From Takakia lepidozioides (lineage: Eukaryota > Plantae > Bryophyta): a stretch of DNA of 64,000 bases. This document shows, piece after piece, positions 38,162 to 52,430 of this stretch (position 1 is its first letter; every line of letters starts with the position of its first letter). Both the position numbers and the translations under genes were made by a program. The stretch is taken from NCBI GenBank assembly GCA_030704615.1, contig CM060732.1, positions 72,354,001-72,418,000 on the forward strand. Direction: 5' to 3'. The notes beneath the pieces are model-generated. The model was not told the DNA's origin. It worked only from the letters and a program-made list of their open reading frames with translations, and made no database searches.

Positions 38162-41100
38162 CTAACAGGGAGTCAAGTTTCTAGGAGGCCAAGGTTGCTC
38201 TGTCAAGCACCCACCCATCTCCATTTGCCATGCCCGATCCACCAGTGGCGCAAGCTCTCTGCACAGGATGTAAAATAGAGTTTGATACTGCAAACAGTGC
38301 CTGCTAAATAATGTCTCAATGTGGTCATGTGATAGGCAGTCTTACAGTTGTGAAGCACCGAATTATGACCCGTGTTAATTGGCGGCTGGGTGTCATCTAC
38401 TTGGCCATGACTGAGACCAAGACAAATCAGACTGTTCTTGACATAATCAGCATAGAATTTTGTTTCATCATGCATACAGTCCACATGAACATGCAGGGAT
38501 GAACAAGAACCACTCACTTCAGGTCATGGCTGACCACAACAAGTGTGCGCTCTCTCTTCAGGCTCCAAAGCAACCTCACCACGTCCGTACGTGCTTTCCA
38601 GTCTGAATTCACAAACCGTAGAGATAATTCAGTGAAGGAATATCAACTAAACGAGAGAGAATACTCCTAGAAGTCAGGATGATTTTCTGTGCCTCCAGCA
38701 GTTAAACATACTAACCCTGCTAAAAGGAGAGCACTTTCTAATGGCTGCTTTAGCAAAACCAGAGGTTCTCTTGCCTTAGTTTTCTTCTAGAGACTTGGCA
38801 GCCCCTATAAGTGACAACTTAGCAAGAAATCACCTGGCCAAAGACACACAAAGAGCTTGACGACTTGTTGATCCAGTGGACCAAGGACCAACTACTAAGG
38901 TGTGCCAGAGTGGTATAATCAGTGTATTGTCAATAAGCAGTGCCAAGTTGAACATAAAATAAATGGAGAGACAGTCAGAAACAATAGATCTTTCAACAAT
39001 ACTCATGCAACAAAGATGCAAGATTTGCACTTTCCAATACACTGGCAGGGAAAGAGGTGGAAGTTACCTAGGCCTGCCAGAGGCTCATCAAGTAAGAGCA
39101 GGTCTGGCATTCGCACCTGACCACATAAGGGGGAAGTGGAGTCATTAGTTTGGCCGCATAGGCATCAAGCATGCTTGTGCTTCCCCAGGGCAAAAAGCAT
39201 CCACAATCTGTTTCAGCAAAATTTGCTTTCCAAGCCGATTTGCCAACCTCTCTCCTTTTGTCTATACGTTAAAGCCTTTTGGACATATCTCACCATGTGG
39301 ATGCTAGGGCTCAGGTCCACCAGTTTAAATAATCCCAATACATCCATAAACTAGCACCTCAGGAGCCTTTAAGCCAGAATTGATCCACGCAACCCTCCCA
39401 AGAAGGATTCAGCATGTACCAGTTGTACAGCAAGTGCAAGGCGGCGCTTGTAACCGTCGCTTAGTGCTCGTGGATTAGTGTCCAAAGGAATCTCTCCCAG
39501 CCCCACCTACAAAAGCATACCTGTCTCTCAGATGTGTCACAGCCAGCAAACAAAGTACTATGATGCCATCTAGTAAAACACAACTGCTGTAGCTGTCAGT
39601 GAGATGAGACATTTGCATTTACACCTACCAGAGACCTCTGGATGCTGTCCAGGACTCTGATGATTTTTTGTTTCTGGGGAAACTCAACCCTGCAACAGCA
39701 ATGGGGCTGTCGCTGCCTATATTAAATGGTCTAATCGGTAAGGCCCCCTCTTCAGGCCGGTAAGAACAAGACCTGCAAATTGGCAACTAGAATTCAGGTA
39801 AGTACGGTTGAGACACTGGGATAGCTATGAAAGCAGAAATTGTTGAAGAGATGAGCCAATAGATTCTCCAAAAAAATTCCATCCAAAGATGCATTTTCTT
39901 GACACTCATAGATAAGGAGTGGTAGATGAGCACAAACAGACAAGTAAAACTCACAGAGTAGGTCATTAGATAATACCGCAAATATGGCAGCCTGTAACCT
40001 CATGGCAAGCTGCTGCCTCATTAGCGGGTCGTCCACTCGCCGGGGCCATCCAAACGTGAGCTCTTCCAAGACTGAGTCTGCCAGAAAGTAGCTGTCCACA
40101 AAAATGCACCAGGTAAATAGATTCATTTATCATTTATGGCCCTAATGGAAGCCTATGTCTCACCTTTTTCAATTGCTATCGTAGCCAACCCTCCCCAATG
40201 AGTGCGGACATGTCAATTTGGCACCTCCAGGAATAATCCATCAACAAACATGTCCTCACAAACAGAGCAACATGAAAAGATAAAATCCAATGTGACTGCA
40301 GCCAACCTCGACTCTGCAGTGAAGGTAGTAAAAGTCGACAAAACAAGTACATAGACTAGAAAGCAGACCTTAACACATGTATTTTGCAGGGTCATTAACA
40401 AATTAGGATCCACTACAATTTCACTGGAGCACCAAAAGGTATCATGGGAAAGAAGGAGAAATTACCGTTCGGGAAACTGAAACACAATTCCAACTCTCGC
40501 TGATAGTTTTCTCTGGCTACTATCTTTTCCAATGTATATAGAGCCCTCTGTGGGTGTGGCTAAGCCTGCTAGCACCTGCCAAAACATGTTCATTTCGCGC
40601 AAGGCCCACAAACCGGATTATAAACGAAACACTATAGAACTTTGGAATGCAAACAACATAACATGTTTTAGCTGGCAAGGACTACATATTCAACAAAACT
40701 GGCAAGCCTCACCCAGGGGCATTGCCACTGGTGGTCAAAGTGTTATTTGTGCTTATGTCATTTAAGAACAAGACTGAGTGAACCTCACCAAATGCAAATG
40801 GAATCCTACAGTACTTGTCGTTTTTGAATTGTAATCTGCTATCATGTGACAAATGACTTGCCTGGAGGAGCGTTGTCTTCCCACTCCCACTGCGACCGTA
40901 AACCAGACCTAGACTGCCAATGGATATTGACATTGACACAAACACACACACGTATCCTGTTATCTTCCTCAATTACTTGAAGGATGGACTTGCCTAAGAA
41001 AAGCTGAAATAGGTTCATTACCCTTCAAGCAAACCTATCTTCCCTTTCTCTTCTAGTAGAAGGGAAGGATAACCTGGCCAGTAAGTGGTGAGAACCCAGC

Positions 41101-41343
41101 CAAAGAGAGACAGAGGGGTTTGGGTTGAAAGGGCAAAGGATTGCTGCTTACTTGAGGAAAGGGAAAATTGAAAAGCAAGCAAGAAGACAGAAAGGGACTG
41201 CAAAAGAGGAAGGGGGTTTCTTTGCTCCCTCCCAGAGGGGATGCATTCTACTGAATCACATACCTCTTTTCTGGAAGAGAGAAGGAGACGTGTTTGAGAA
41301 GGTCCAGCTCAGTGCCAGGTGGTCTATAGCCCACCTCTTCCAC
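38162..41343 (-). CDS. ABCI11: Plastid ABC ATPase, ABCI11/NAP14-like; at least 8 exons, N-terminal exon(s) not resolved
   Basis: Exons: VGYRPPGTELDLLKHVSFSLPEK; LVYGRSGSGKTTLLQ (GC donor at 40861); VGIVFQFPER; YFLADSVLEELTFGWPR; LSDGYKRRLALAVQL; PDLLLLDEPLAGL; DWKAR..VVSHDLK; ELAPLVDRAWQMEMGG..stop at 38162. Confidence 0.85.
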
Positions 41344-43147
41344 CTTTTCGTGGTATCAAACCAGCCAGTCCTTCACAAATTAGCCTGTAGCCAATTCAAC
41401 ACTACAAGTTTTCCCCCTTCTGTGGCAACAAGGCTATCATTATGCCATAGAATCCCCTCGCAAACCAGAGCATGCCCAGAGGAACATAATCCACGGCACC
41501 CCTAAGGGTTATGGCCCAATGAAATGCATCATACATGATAAGGCAGACTAACAACTGTTTGGAGATTCCAGCATGTAATTAAATGTGCAATGGGCATGCA
41601 AAATCAGTGAATACTTCTAACTGAAGGCGTTGAAGGGTTCAACTATGCACATGTCTTTGAGATTGCATCCTCATGAAGGTTCTTTCTTTCTCAAACTCGA
41701 AGTCATCTCACATCTCCACTGGTAAGAAACGAGAAGTATATCAAACAGGGCGCTCTCAAGCTCTGGATTTGACCAACTTTTGCAGTTGAAAGCTGAAAGT
41801 TGACTGCTGACCTGAAGAAACTCCTGACAGTGATTGGGTGGCCCGTTTCCACCGCTATTAATCGATGGTAATGCACCCTGCCTCCACCGATCCGTTCCAC
41901 CTTTCGAAGAGCTTGGATCATTCTCATGAGGCTTCCCCAGCCACAAGCTCATCCATTTTCCACTAACCAACGTGTGGGGCACTCTCACTTCTTTGTTGTG
42001 AAAAGCACCAGCCGTGAGACACAGCCCATTGCAGATTGCTCTTTGACCACGATAATGGGGACGAACATCCTGCGTAAAGGGAAATATAAGGTCCCAAGAC
42101 AGTTCTTCGTATGTGCCAGAACCTGGATAATAAGACTACTTGGACCAGTTTATCATACCCTGCGTGTAACTCCAGTGGGCGCTATGATATTTCAGCAAAC
42201 AAAGCTTACTCACAAAACAAAGCATACAATTGAGTAAGCGAGAGCCAGAATGAACCAGATTTCTGGCATATATCTTAACCTGCCACTTTCTTCTTGCTGG
42301 AGGCAGAGCACCGTACACAATGCCATCTTCTCTCATCCCAGGGAAAGATGCCGTTCGGAACCCATTCTTCTCCGATGGATTCACGGTATCAAAGTTCTGT
42401 AGCATGGCTTTCCACTTGCCTCCTTGTCAGAATTCCAGCTGTAGTGCCTTCATCGACAAAAAGTCTTCATGCAGTGTGGAGAATGACGAGGACTCGGCTT
42501 ACATCTCCGTTGCATCCCTTTGCTCGAACATCTCATTTAGTTAAACTTTACGATACGAGCTACTTGTTTCCTATGACATCGTCAAGAATCTCCATCTCTT
42601 TTGAAGGCTCACTCATCCGTCTTAGAAATGTAATTCACTCTTTCCTGAAGTCACCTGCCATGAGACTGCATGGTCCCTTGGGTGATTGTGGAACTAGCAA
42701 TTGGGCATGTTTCTTCTAGGCAGGTCTCTCAAGCCTCCTCAAGATCATTGTCTGTCGAGGTATGTAGTGCCGGCTTCATTACTTGGTTGGAGCCTCCTTT
42801 TGGCAATGGAATAGTGGCCCTGAGGCCGGGGTGCTAGGTTATGAAGATTTGGAGAACATGATGCGTGGATGGATTGATGGAGGCTCGCTGTGCATTGATG
42901 TATGCTAGTGTCGCAATGATTTCGACTGCATGGGGGATTTCAAGACATGTATGGACTTCTGAATGATGCAGGAAGGTTTCGAAAGGTTGATGAACTTGAG
43001 TATAAATGTGTGGAAATGAGATTGTTTGTGAGCATGTTGAGGCGTCGGAACAATCAGGCAGATACTTGGACGAAGAGGGAGAGCTGTCTGTGTTGATGCC
43101 ATAGGACGTTTCTCTCCAGATCGCCAATTTCTTAGGTAGCGCACAAG

Positions 43148-46100
43148 ATGATTTCCGTTTTCGCCTGTAGTCGATTGTCAGTTTTGCAGCCAAAATGCAC
43201 TGAGCTGGTTCTTCCTCACACTCGAGTTTCCCACATTGCTCAGCGCTTTTCCGGCAGAAGGATCTCTTTCTGCAGGAAGGCGACACGGGTGCGCATTGGT
43301 TCGGAAGAGTGCACACGCCAGGGAATCTCTTCACCTGAGTCGGAAGAGCATGGTCGTGGACATTCCGCCGACGATACCCCCTTATTTCTCCAGTTTTTTG
43401 CAGACACACTTGTAGAATGTAGCCCTGAAGAAAGCTTTATTTCGCAAGATTTAACCTCAGTGAGTATGGCCTCTGGAGATGACGATGATCATGATCATGA
43501 AACTGAGGAGCTGGTTGCAGAGGGGTGGAGCTCCTTAATGATGATTCAGGGGGAAAATTATTCAGCAGAGTCGGCTGACGGCCCCAGTTCTGGCTTCAAG
43601 AAGCAGGTTGGAAGTACTGAGAGACGGGGGTTGATTTCGGGGCGGAGAGTGTTCACAGCTGTGCGAGAGAATTGGCACAGCTATCTCAGAGATGGAGATG
43701 ATGACTACGGGAAACCGTCGTCGAGAGAACAAGTGCTTGGAGATTTGCAGTCTAAATTGAAGCAGGAAGATGATGATAACATGATACTGTTTGGGGAGGG
43801 TGAAGTTCTCGAGGATTTAGGCTTTGATCCACAGGTAGATAAGCTGAAAAGCGAGGAGCCATCAGAACGGCACGACTACGAACCGGTGGTCGTAGGGCCC
43901 CTGACCACTGGCACATTGGAAGAGCACAGTAATATCCTTGTTGAAAGTTCGGTAAAAGCACACGTTCTTGAGCAGAGTTTGGAGGCCGATGGGAGAATTA
44001 TGACGGAACAATACAGGCGAGATCGTGAATCGAGCCGTGGGGGTTGTTTCGAGAAGCAAAGTCTGTCAAGAGGCGATGATGAATGCTCAGCTTCTGTGAA
44101 CATATTTCAAGGGTGTGATGATGGAAGGCTTGAGAGCCAGGGGAGTGCCTCAACTGTTGGAGAGGCAGATGAGATGCTGGAGATGGTTGAAGAAAAAACC
44201 AGAGATTTACTCAGGGAATTTCTCCAATCTCGCACTGGAAGCTGGGACCCGCCTGCAGAAGGCAGAGTTTATCGATGGAGAAAGCAGGGTTCAAGTAGCC
44301 AGGAGGCCTCTCAAACTCTTGGACTGCAACCTCGAGGAGCTGCAATCTGTAAAGATGAATCACTCTTTTCTGCATGGCGGAGGTGGAGGGATAAAGATCA
44401 AGATTTGAGGGTGTACATCCCCCCTCCAGACAAAAAGATCATCCCAGGACAACAGAGGCTGGTTGATTCTGGATATGGTATTTCAGATCTTCCCACTCAG
44501 GAGCCGAAACTGTTAGGCCCAGTCAGTGAAATTCTTCGAATTGCCAATAATTTACCTAAAAACCACTCCTTGGAGGATCACCTGGATGAATTTACCAATA
44601 AACTCAGTATTGTTGAGGGAAACCTTGTGTTGGAAGCATTGGGAGAGGAGCGGTTGTTCATGCAAGTTTTGTCATTCTTTCAGTGGATGCGCCTTCACGA
44701 GCCTTGCCTTCTAGATTCAAGAAGCTTTTCTATCATATTCATCCTTCTTGGGAAGGCAGCCATGATGGATGAAGCTCTTACACTATATGACAATATGCCA
44801 CCAGGGGAATCCTTTCGGTGTGTCCATGTCTACAATGCCTTGATGACAGCACTTCTGAACTGTGGCAGGTAAGAGTTCGGAGAGAGTGCGAGATGATGTT
44901 CAATACTGTGGTATCTTTCTATGCTTTCGTGCATGCACCTGCACAACTGTGTGACAGCTTTTGTTGTCATAGATTAGAGAGAGCTCAGCGACTGTGCCCG
45001 GAGAAGTCCTTGACACCCCCAATACCTGATGGTCTGGTAGCCAGTTGTCAGGTTTCAGCCCACCAGGGTACCAGAGACTCAGCTTAAATTGCCACATTGC
45101 TATGGCACAGCTGACAGCAATCTGGTGACATGAGGTCGAGTGTTTGGTCAAGGGGTGGTATAGATAATCATGCTACAGAATGGGCAGGGGAGGAGGCAGG
45201 AATCTCTTCAAAGCTATTCAAAGCTTACCAGTAGTTCTCTGCCTATGACAATCTTTGTGTGGGACAGATACAGAATAATTTTAGCCCCACCCTACCATAT
45301 TTCTCCTTTACTCTTCTGTCTCTGTCAATTTACTCCACAATCACCTTAGTACCACAATGAGGGCCACCACAATGGGTACATTCTGGGGCTATAGACACTC
45401 GAAATTTTCTGGGAGGTTTATTGAAATCAGTGACCCAGTTAATCATTGAGCCACACATGTTGTTGCTAAACCCTGTTCTTTCTTCACCTATACTCTCTTT
45501 GTGGTGCAGGAACATTGAGATTTTTTGTTTGCTAGAGGAAATGCAGAGGTGGGGTACTGAGCCTGACTCTGTGACATTCTGTATCCTCATAACTTCCATG
45601 AGAAAGGGGAAGCACACACTAAAAGATGTCTGGGCTATCTATGAGGATATGATAACGAGAGGAGTGATCCCTGAAGTCGCAGTCTTTGGCTCACTTATTA
45701 AAGCATTTTGTGATGCTGGGCATCGGGATGAGGCTCTTCTAGTTACTGAGGAGATGGAGAGGTTGGGAATACGTCTCAATATTGTTATCTACAACACTCT
45801 GATTGATGCCTATGGGAAGGCAGATCAGATGGAAGAGGCGGAGGGTTTGTTGGTAGAGATGAAAGAGAAGGAGTTACATCCAAATGAAACCACATATAAT
45901 TCTCTCGTCCATGGTTATGGCCTCGCAGGACAATGTGAAGTGGCTGAGGCCTTGCTACGAGAGATGGAGGCTGTAGGGTTGAAGCCAGATGTGGTCACCT
46001 ACACAGCACTTATTTGTGCATATGGAAAGCGGAGGCTCAGTGAAAAAGCAGCGAATGTGTTCTATCAAATGCGCAAGATTGGGATAGCCCCGAATGCCTA

Positions 46101-46794
46101 CTCCTACACTGCACTCATTCATGCATACTCGGAGGGTGGTTGGCATGAGAAGGCTGCTCTTGCTTTTGAAAGCATGCAAAGAGAAGGCCACAGCCCCAGT
46201 GTGGAGACCTATACAGCGCTGTTGGATGCATATCGGCGTGTTGGGGATATCAAAATGGTTAAAGAGGTTTGGAAGGCTATGAGAAGTGACGGCTGCATGG
46301 GAACACGGGTAACTTTCTTGACCCTAATGGATGCATTTGCAAAGCAAGGTCAGTTTCGAGACGCCAGAGACACAATCTTTGAGTTTGGGAAATTGGGCTA
46401 CCAGCCTGATGTAATGGTCTACAACATGCTGCTGAATGCATATGCTAGAGGTGGACAGCATGATAGAGCTCCAGATATCATGAAGGAGATGAGGGCAGCT
46501 GGCTTCAACCCTGATGCTTTCAGTTACTGCACCCTGATCTATTCCTTTCTCCGTGTACGTGACTTCACCAAGGCCTTCAAATATCATGATGAGATGTGCA
46601 CGAAGAGGAAGAAACCCGACCCCAAAACCTATGCAAAACTGAGAGCTATTCTCAAAGCATGCCTGCAAAAGAAGAGAGAGAACAACAAAAGGGCTGAACT
46701 GGGCCAGCGTCTCAAACAAGAGGGGCAAAACACTGAGAAGGTTAAGTCTTTCTGGAAACACAAGCGGCGCCACAGCCGTCGTTTGATTTCATGA
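43148..46794 (+). CDS. EMB1006: P-class PPR protein, EMB1006 (At5g50280)-like; exons 43148-44868 and 45510-46794 (~1001 aa)
   Basis: Transit-peptide-like N-terminus and tandem 35-aa PPR motifs. Signature segments SYTALIHAYS.GGWHEKA, PSVETYT, NMLLNAYARGGQ, RVRDF.KAF.YH, Y.KLRAIL. In-frame GT-AG intron. Confidence 0.88.
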
Positions 46795-48355
46795 GCTTCC
46801 ATCTTGCTACTTTTGTACTGAACAATTTGCATTGTCACGTAGCTACTTGCATATTTGGGGAGACGTGTGCATTCATATTGAGATTTGTGATGCATGGCAG
46901 CGGTTCACATGGGCTCTGGTATATTTTTCCCTGGTTCATCATCCGCCAAAAATGTGGCCTGCATTATTCGAGCCCAGTGAGTAGGCAATCCAGGTCAACC
47001 GCTAGCTTGTGAGCTATATCTTCATGAAGAGGATCAACTCTTTGTGGTTGATAGAAAAGTATTACTTGAGCTGGGAAAGAGAATCAGGACACGGAGAAAA
47101 GGCCAAGTTACCCGTGTTCCCATGCAGCCGTCATTTCTCATAGCCTTCCAATTTTGCGTACAACGTGCATTTGCAAAGCAAGGTCAGTTTCGAGACGGCA
47201 GAGACACAATCTTTGAGTTTGGGAAATTGGGCTACCAGCCTGATGTAATGGTCTACAACATGCTGCTGAATGCATATGCTAGAGGTGGACAGCATGATAG
47301 AGCTCCAGATATCATGAAGGAGATGAGGGCAGCTGGCTTCAACCCTGATGCTTTCAGTTACTGCACCCTGATCTATTCCTTTCTCCGTGTACGGGACTTC
47401 ACCAAGGCCTTCAAATATCATGATGAGATGTGCACGAAGAGGAAGAAACCCGACCCCAAAACCTATGCAAAACTGAGAGCTATTCTCAAAGCATGCCTGC
47501 AAAAGAAGAGAGAGAACAACAAAAGGGCTGAACTGGGCCAGCGTCTCAAACAAGAGGGGCAAAACACTGAGAAGGTTAAGTCTTTCTGGAAACACAAGCG
47601 GCGCCACAGCCATCGTTTGAAGTCATGAGCTTCCATCTTGCTACTTTTGTACTGAACAATTTGCATTGTCACGTAGCTACTTGCGTATTTGGGGAGACGT
47701 GTGCATTCATATTGAGATTTGTGATGCATGGCAGCGGTTCACATGGGCTCTGTGGTATATTTTTCCCTGGTTCATCATCCGCCAAAAATGTGGCCTGCAT
47801 TATTCGAGCCCAGTGAGTAGGCAATCCAGGTCAACCGCTAGCTTGTGAGCTATATCTTCATGAAGAGGATCAACTCTTTGTGGTTGATAGAAAAGTATTA
47901 CTTGAGCTGGGAAAGAGAATCAGGACACGGAGAAAAGGCCAAGTTACCCGTGTTCCCATGCAGCCGTCATTTCTCATAGCCTTCCAATTTTGCGTACAAC
48001 GTGCATTTGCAAAGCAAGGTCAGTTTCGAGACGGCAGAGACACAATCTTTGAGTTTTGGAAATTGGGCTACCAGCCTGATGTAATGGTCTACAACATGCT
48101 GCTGAATGCATATGCTAGAGTTGGACAGCATGATAGAGCTCCAGATATCATGAAGGAGATGAGGGCAGCCGGCTTCAACCCTGATGCTTTCAGTTACTGC
48201 ACCCTGATCTATGCCTTTCTCTGTGTACGGGACTTCACCAAGGCCTTCAAATATCACGATGAGATGTGCAAGAAGAGGAAGAAACCCGACCCCAAAACCT
48301 ATGCAAAACTGAGAGCTATTCTCAAAGTATGCCTGCAAAAGAAGAGAGATTGTAC

Positions 48356-51300
48356 TCATAAGACGTTGTTTGCCGTAGCCTTGTAGCCATTGACCCCGCG
48401 CCCAGTTTGAGCGGGAACAAAAGGGACAGAACCTACCTCTGTCAGGGGCTGACGTTGGTAGTAAGACTTACCTCCATATAAAGAATTAATCCGGGTTTTC
48501 CAGATATCCTCTAGAAATCCCTTCACACAAACATCAATCTGCTGTGTGTGATTTGCCCAAAAACTAGGCCTCAGGAGGGCCTGGGCTTTTGGCTCAGCCT
48601 TGAGACTTTCAAAGTTGGTAAACAGGGGTACAGGCACAATTCCCTTAATAGATTTGAAGAGAGCGTCTCTTTGGTGAGAGAACCCCGGACAGTGTATCAG
48701 AAAATGAATACTGTCTTCAGATTGCCCACACAACGGGCAATTGCACTCTCCCTTTCCTCTCTGCTTCTGTTTGCTGTTCAAAGGTAGGCTTCCTGCCCTG
48801 AGTTTAAATTTCAGTCTAGTGCCGAGAGTGGGTAGACCCTTGAGGTCATCCAAGATGTCCTCCCCCATGTCACAGACTGGAAACAAGTTCAGGGAAGTTT
48901 TCTGCCTAACTTCATTTTCATCAGACAATCTCATGGCAACAGACATGGCTGAGGACACTACAGCCTCTAAGTCAGATTTATCCAGCAGGGTCAAGACTTG
49001 CGGATCCAGGTCCAGGTCCTTGAGGATCTCTTCTACTCTCTTCTGCCAGGACTTAGCCTCTTTGACAGGGCGGTCCTGTTTCCAAGATATAGAGTCGATT
49101 AACTTAGGATATCTGGTGTTGGGCATATGTTGCAGCTGACCCCACCATCTGACCTTGAATTCATCTCGTTGGGAGCTTAAGGACGGAATGCCAAACTCAC
49201 CCCGAACAGCCACATTGGCTGTTTTGGAGCATGCTGACATACACTCCTTAAGCATCCCCACTTGAATGGATTCTAGAGACTTAGCCTGGTTGGAGTTATC
49301 AACCCATATAGCAGATCCGTACTCCAAGGCAGGTCTAATAACGCGACAAAGCATGGTTTTCTTAACCTCAGAGTTGACCCCTCTGCAGTGGAAAAATTTA
49401 GTGAGCCCCAGAGCTTTGCCCTTGCCAGTTTGAACAACTTTCCGGATATGTGCATCCCAATTACAATTGGAGGAGAACTCAACGCCCAGGTAAGTGTAGG
49501 AAGGGAGGACCGGGATCTCTTGGCTACCCCACTGCCACTTGAGATCACTTCCTCCCTCTCCTCTGTCGTTGAATGCTACCACTGCACATTTGCTGACATT
49601 AGCCTCTAGCCCCCAAAGATCAAAGTATCTCTTCGCGCAATCAATCAACTCCTGGAGATTGGTTGGAGTCTCCCCTATGCCTGCGAAGTCATCCGCAAAC
49701 ATAAGGGCTGGTATGGTGGTATCACCCACCCTTAACCCAAATCCCTCACTTTCCACATCCTCGAGGAGTTGATTGATGAAAACATTGAAGAGCAGAGGGG
49801 AGAGAGTACATCCTTGAGCTACACCTTGGTCTATGTCAAAGAAGTTGGACTTCTGTCCGTTAACAGTGACACAGCTTTTGGTGTGAGCATACAAGTTGTG
49901 GACAACTCTCCACATCTTTCCCTTGATCCCACAAGACCAGAGGCGGAACCATAGGCCTTCCCTCCACACTGTGTCATAAGCCTTTTTGACATCCAGGAAA
50001 AAGACATAAGTGGGTTTCCCTTCTTTTTTCCTTCCCTGGATAATCTGGCTTAGAGTGAAGATATGATCCACACAGCCCCTGTTTCGCCGAAAGCCAGCTT
50101 GGCCTTCGTGGAAACAACCTCTGGACTCCAGATCAACCTCGAGACGAGTACTTATAACTCTGCAGAATGTCTTGCCAACAGCATTGAGGAGCGTGATGCC
50201 ACGGTAGTTCCCCGGTTCTTCTCTGTCACCCTTCTTGTATAGATTGACAATGACCCCCTGTCGCCAGCGAAAGGGGATCATTTCAGTGTTCCAGATAAGG
50301 TTAAAGAGGAGAACTAGGGCCTCTATCATGGGATCGCCACCGTGCTTGATAAGCTCGTTGACAATACCATCAGGTCCACCAGCTTTATATCCATTTAAAT
50401 GTTCAATTGCTTCCACAATCTCAGAAGAACTAATGGGAGCATTATAAGCCATTGAAATATACTCCAGTTCATCAGGGCTGTTTTGAATCATAGGAACAGT
50501 TTTTCCAACTGTGTCCCTCCATTCAGCAGAAGACCCCTCACTGTTAGACCTAGAAGTTCTGCCAAGGATACTGTAGTGAGTTTCAAAGGTTTTGACAATG
50601 TCAACCGATGAAGTCACCACTGCACCTTTAGTAGTCTTCAGCGCTTGTACTTGCTGACCGTTTTTCGGTTTGTACAAACGTTGAAGGGCCAACCAGAATT
50701 TCTTGTCATTACCACCATGGTGGTTTGAGTTTATTTCACTGTATAACTTGTCCCAGTATAATTTCTTCTGAGACCTAACAAGCTGATTGATATCTTTACG
50801 GAGCTGGTATTACCTCGCCCACAATTCTCTGTTGGTTTCCAAATTGCAGCACTCTTTATAGAGGGCTCGTCTCTCAGCTATCTTGAGTTTAATCTCATTA
50901 GTCCACCAATTAACTGCTCTACCGCAGACAATTAGTTTCCTCCCAATGATCTTGTCAGCCACGGAGGAAACGAAACTCTCCCAAGAGTCCACTGCTCTTT
51001 CGACTTCATTTCTTGCGTTAACAGAGCGTGACTGAAGTTCTTGGAGCGATTGGACAAAATGAGGGAGAGCCTCTTGCAAGGCCTGGACGTACTCAGCCTT
51101 GACCTCCTCATTGTGGAATTTTTCTATGCGCCACTTCCGAATCGAACGTTTCACAGATCTCTTGGTGGTGGGAAAACACCTTTTGATCTCAGTCCAAACC
51201 AGGAAGTGGTCAGAGGTACCAATATCAGTTCTGTCGATCAACACATTGGCACACTGGGGGAACAAAATTTTGTCCATTATGATATAGTCCACAATGGAAC

Positions 51301-51994
51301 GTTCCCCAGTTTGGGGTTTCTCACGAGTCCACTGCACATGGTCACCTCTTGTCCTGTTATTCAAGGTCAAAAGCTGAAGCTCTTCTAGACAGTTGATTAA
51401 CTGTCTGCCATTAGAATTCAGCTCGTCCTCACCAAAAGGTCCAATGATATCGTCCTGATGGGCATTGAAGTCCCCCAATAGTACCACCTGACCTTTGGCA
51501 AGGAACGAAGCACAGTCCAGCTTTACATCTTCGAAGGCCTTGTCTGCGTCAGCACTAAGGGTCCCCTCTGTGGGCATGTAAACACAACCAACAAAGAGGT
51601 CCTTTGTACTCATGCCGCCCTTCAAATTCAGTTTTAGCCAGATACTATGCTCGTACCTCAAACCCTTGTTGATAATTTCACAATTGTCAAACAAGAAATC
51701 ACGGACAAAGAATCCAACCCCTTTTTGACCGCGTTTGGCAGAGGCTGCCTTGAGAGTACACATCTTACCTGCCCATTTATAACCAATGACATCTCCAACC
51801 AGTTTATCCGACGTTTCCCATGTTTCTTGCCCAGCACAGATATGAATATCATTAGTCCGAAGAACTTGTCCCACTTCAAGTTGTTTCCTTTGGTTGGTCA
51901 ACCCTGAGAAGTTGAAAGTGGCCAGCCGCAAGCCAGCCCTTTGCGTGTGAATTGTTTGTCGTCTAGGTAGCTTGTGATTGCTCCTGACGGCCAA
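48356..51994 (-). pseudogene. LINE endonuclease-reverse transcriptase ORF broken by one nonsense codon
   Basis: ORFs 50810-51994 and 48356-50692 are in the same frame, separated by a TAA at 50810-50812 and 39 open codons. Confidence 0.9.
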
Positions 51995-52014
51995 CCGTTC
52001 TGCAAAGGGGGGAC

Positions 52015-52430
52015 AGTTACCCCATGTGTAGATTTTGCTCGTCTTGTGTAAACTTTGAGAATTGGTAAACCATTCAGGGTACCAAATCTTTCAGTTACAC
52101 GACGCACAGGCTCCGCACACATAGGGGCAGATTGTCCGTCAGACTGCTTGGGGACAATTACCCCGTGTATAGATTTTGCTCGTCTTGTGTAGACTTTGAG
52201 GATTGGTAAACCATTTAGAGTACCAAATCCTTCAGTTACAACGTTCAGGCTCTGCACACTTAGGGACAGATTGTCCATCTGACGGCTTGGGGACAATTAC
52301 CCCATGTATAGAATTTGTTCGTCTTGTGTAAACCTTGAGGATTGGTAAACCATTCAGAGTACCAAATCCTTCAGATTCAGGACGTTCAGGTTCCGTACAC
52401 TTAGGGGCATCTTGTCCTTCTGGCTGTTTG
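52015..52430 (-). repeat. 141-bp (47-aa) coding repeat x3 in the LINE 5' ORF
   Basis: FGTLNGLPILKVYTRR three times; GGTAAACCATT at 52064, 52205 and 52344 (periods 141, 139). Confidence 0.88.

Noticed and set aside
47044-48386. Independent small PPR genes (ORFs 47044-47628 and 47880-48386)
   Set aside because: They have GTG starts in duplicated 3' flank sequence and are partial copies of the upstream gene's end.
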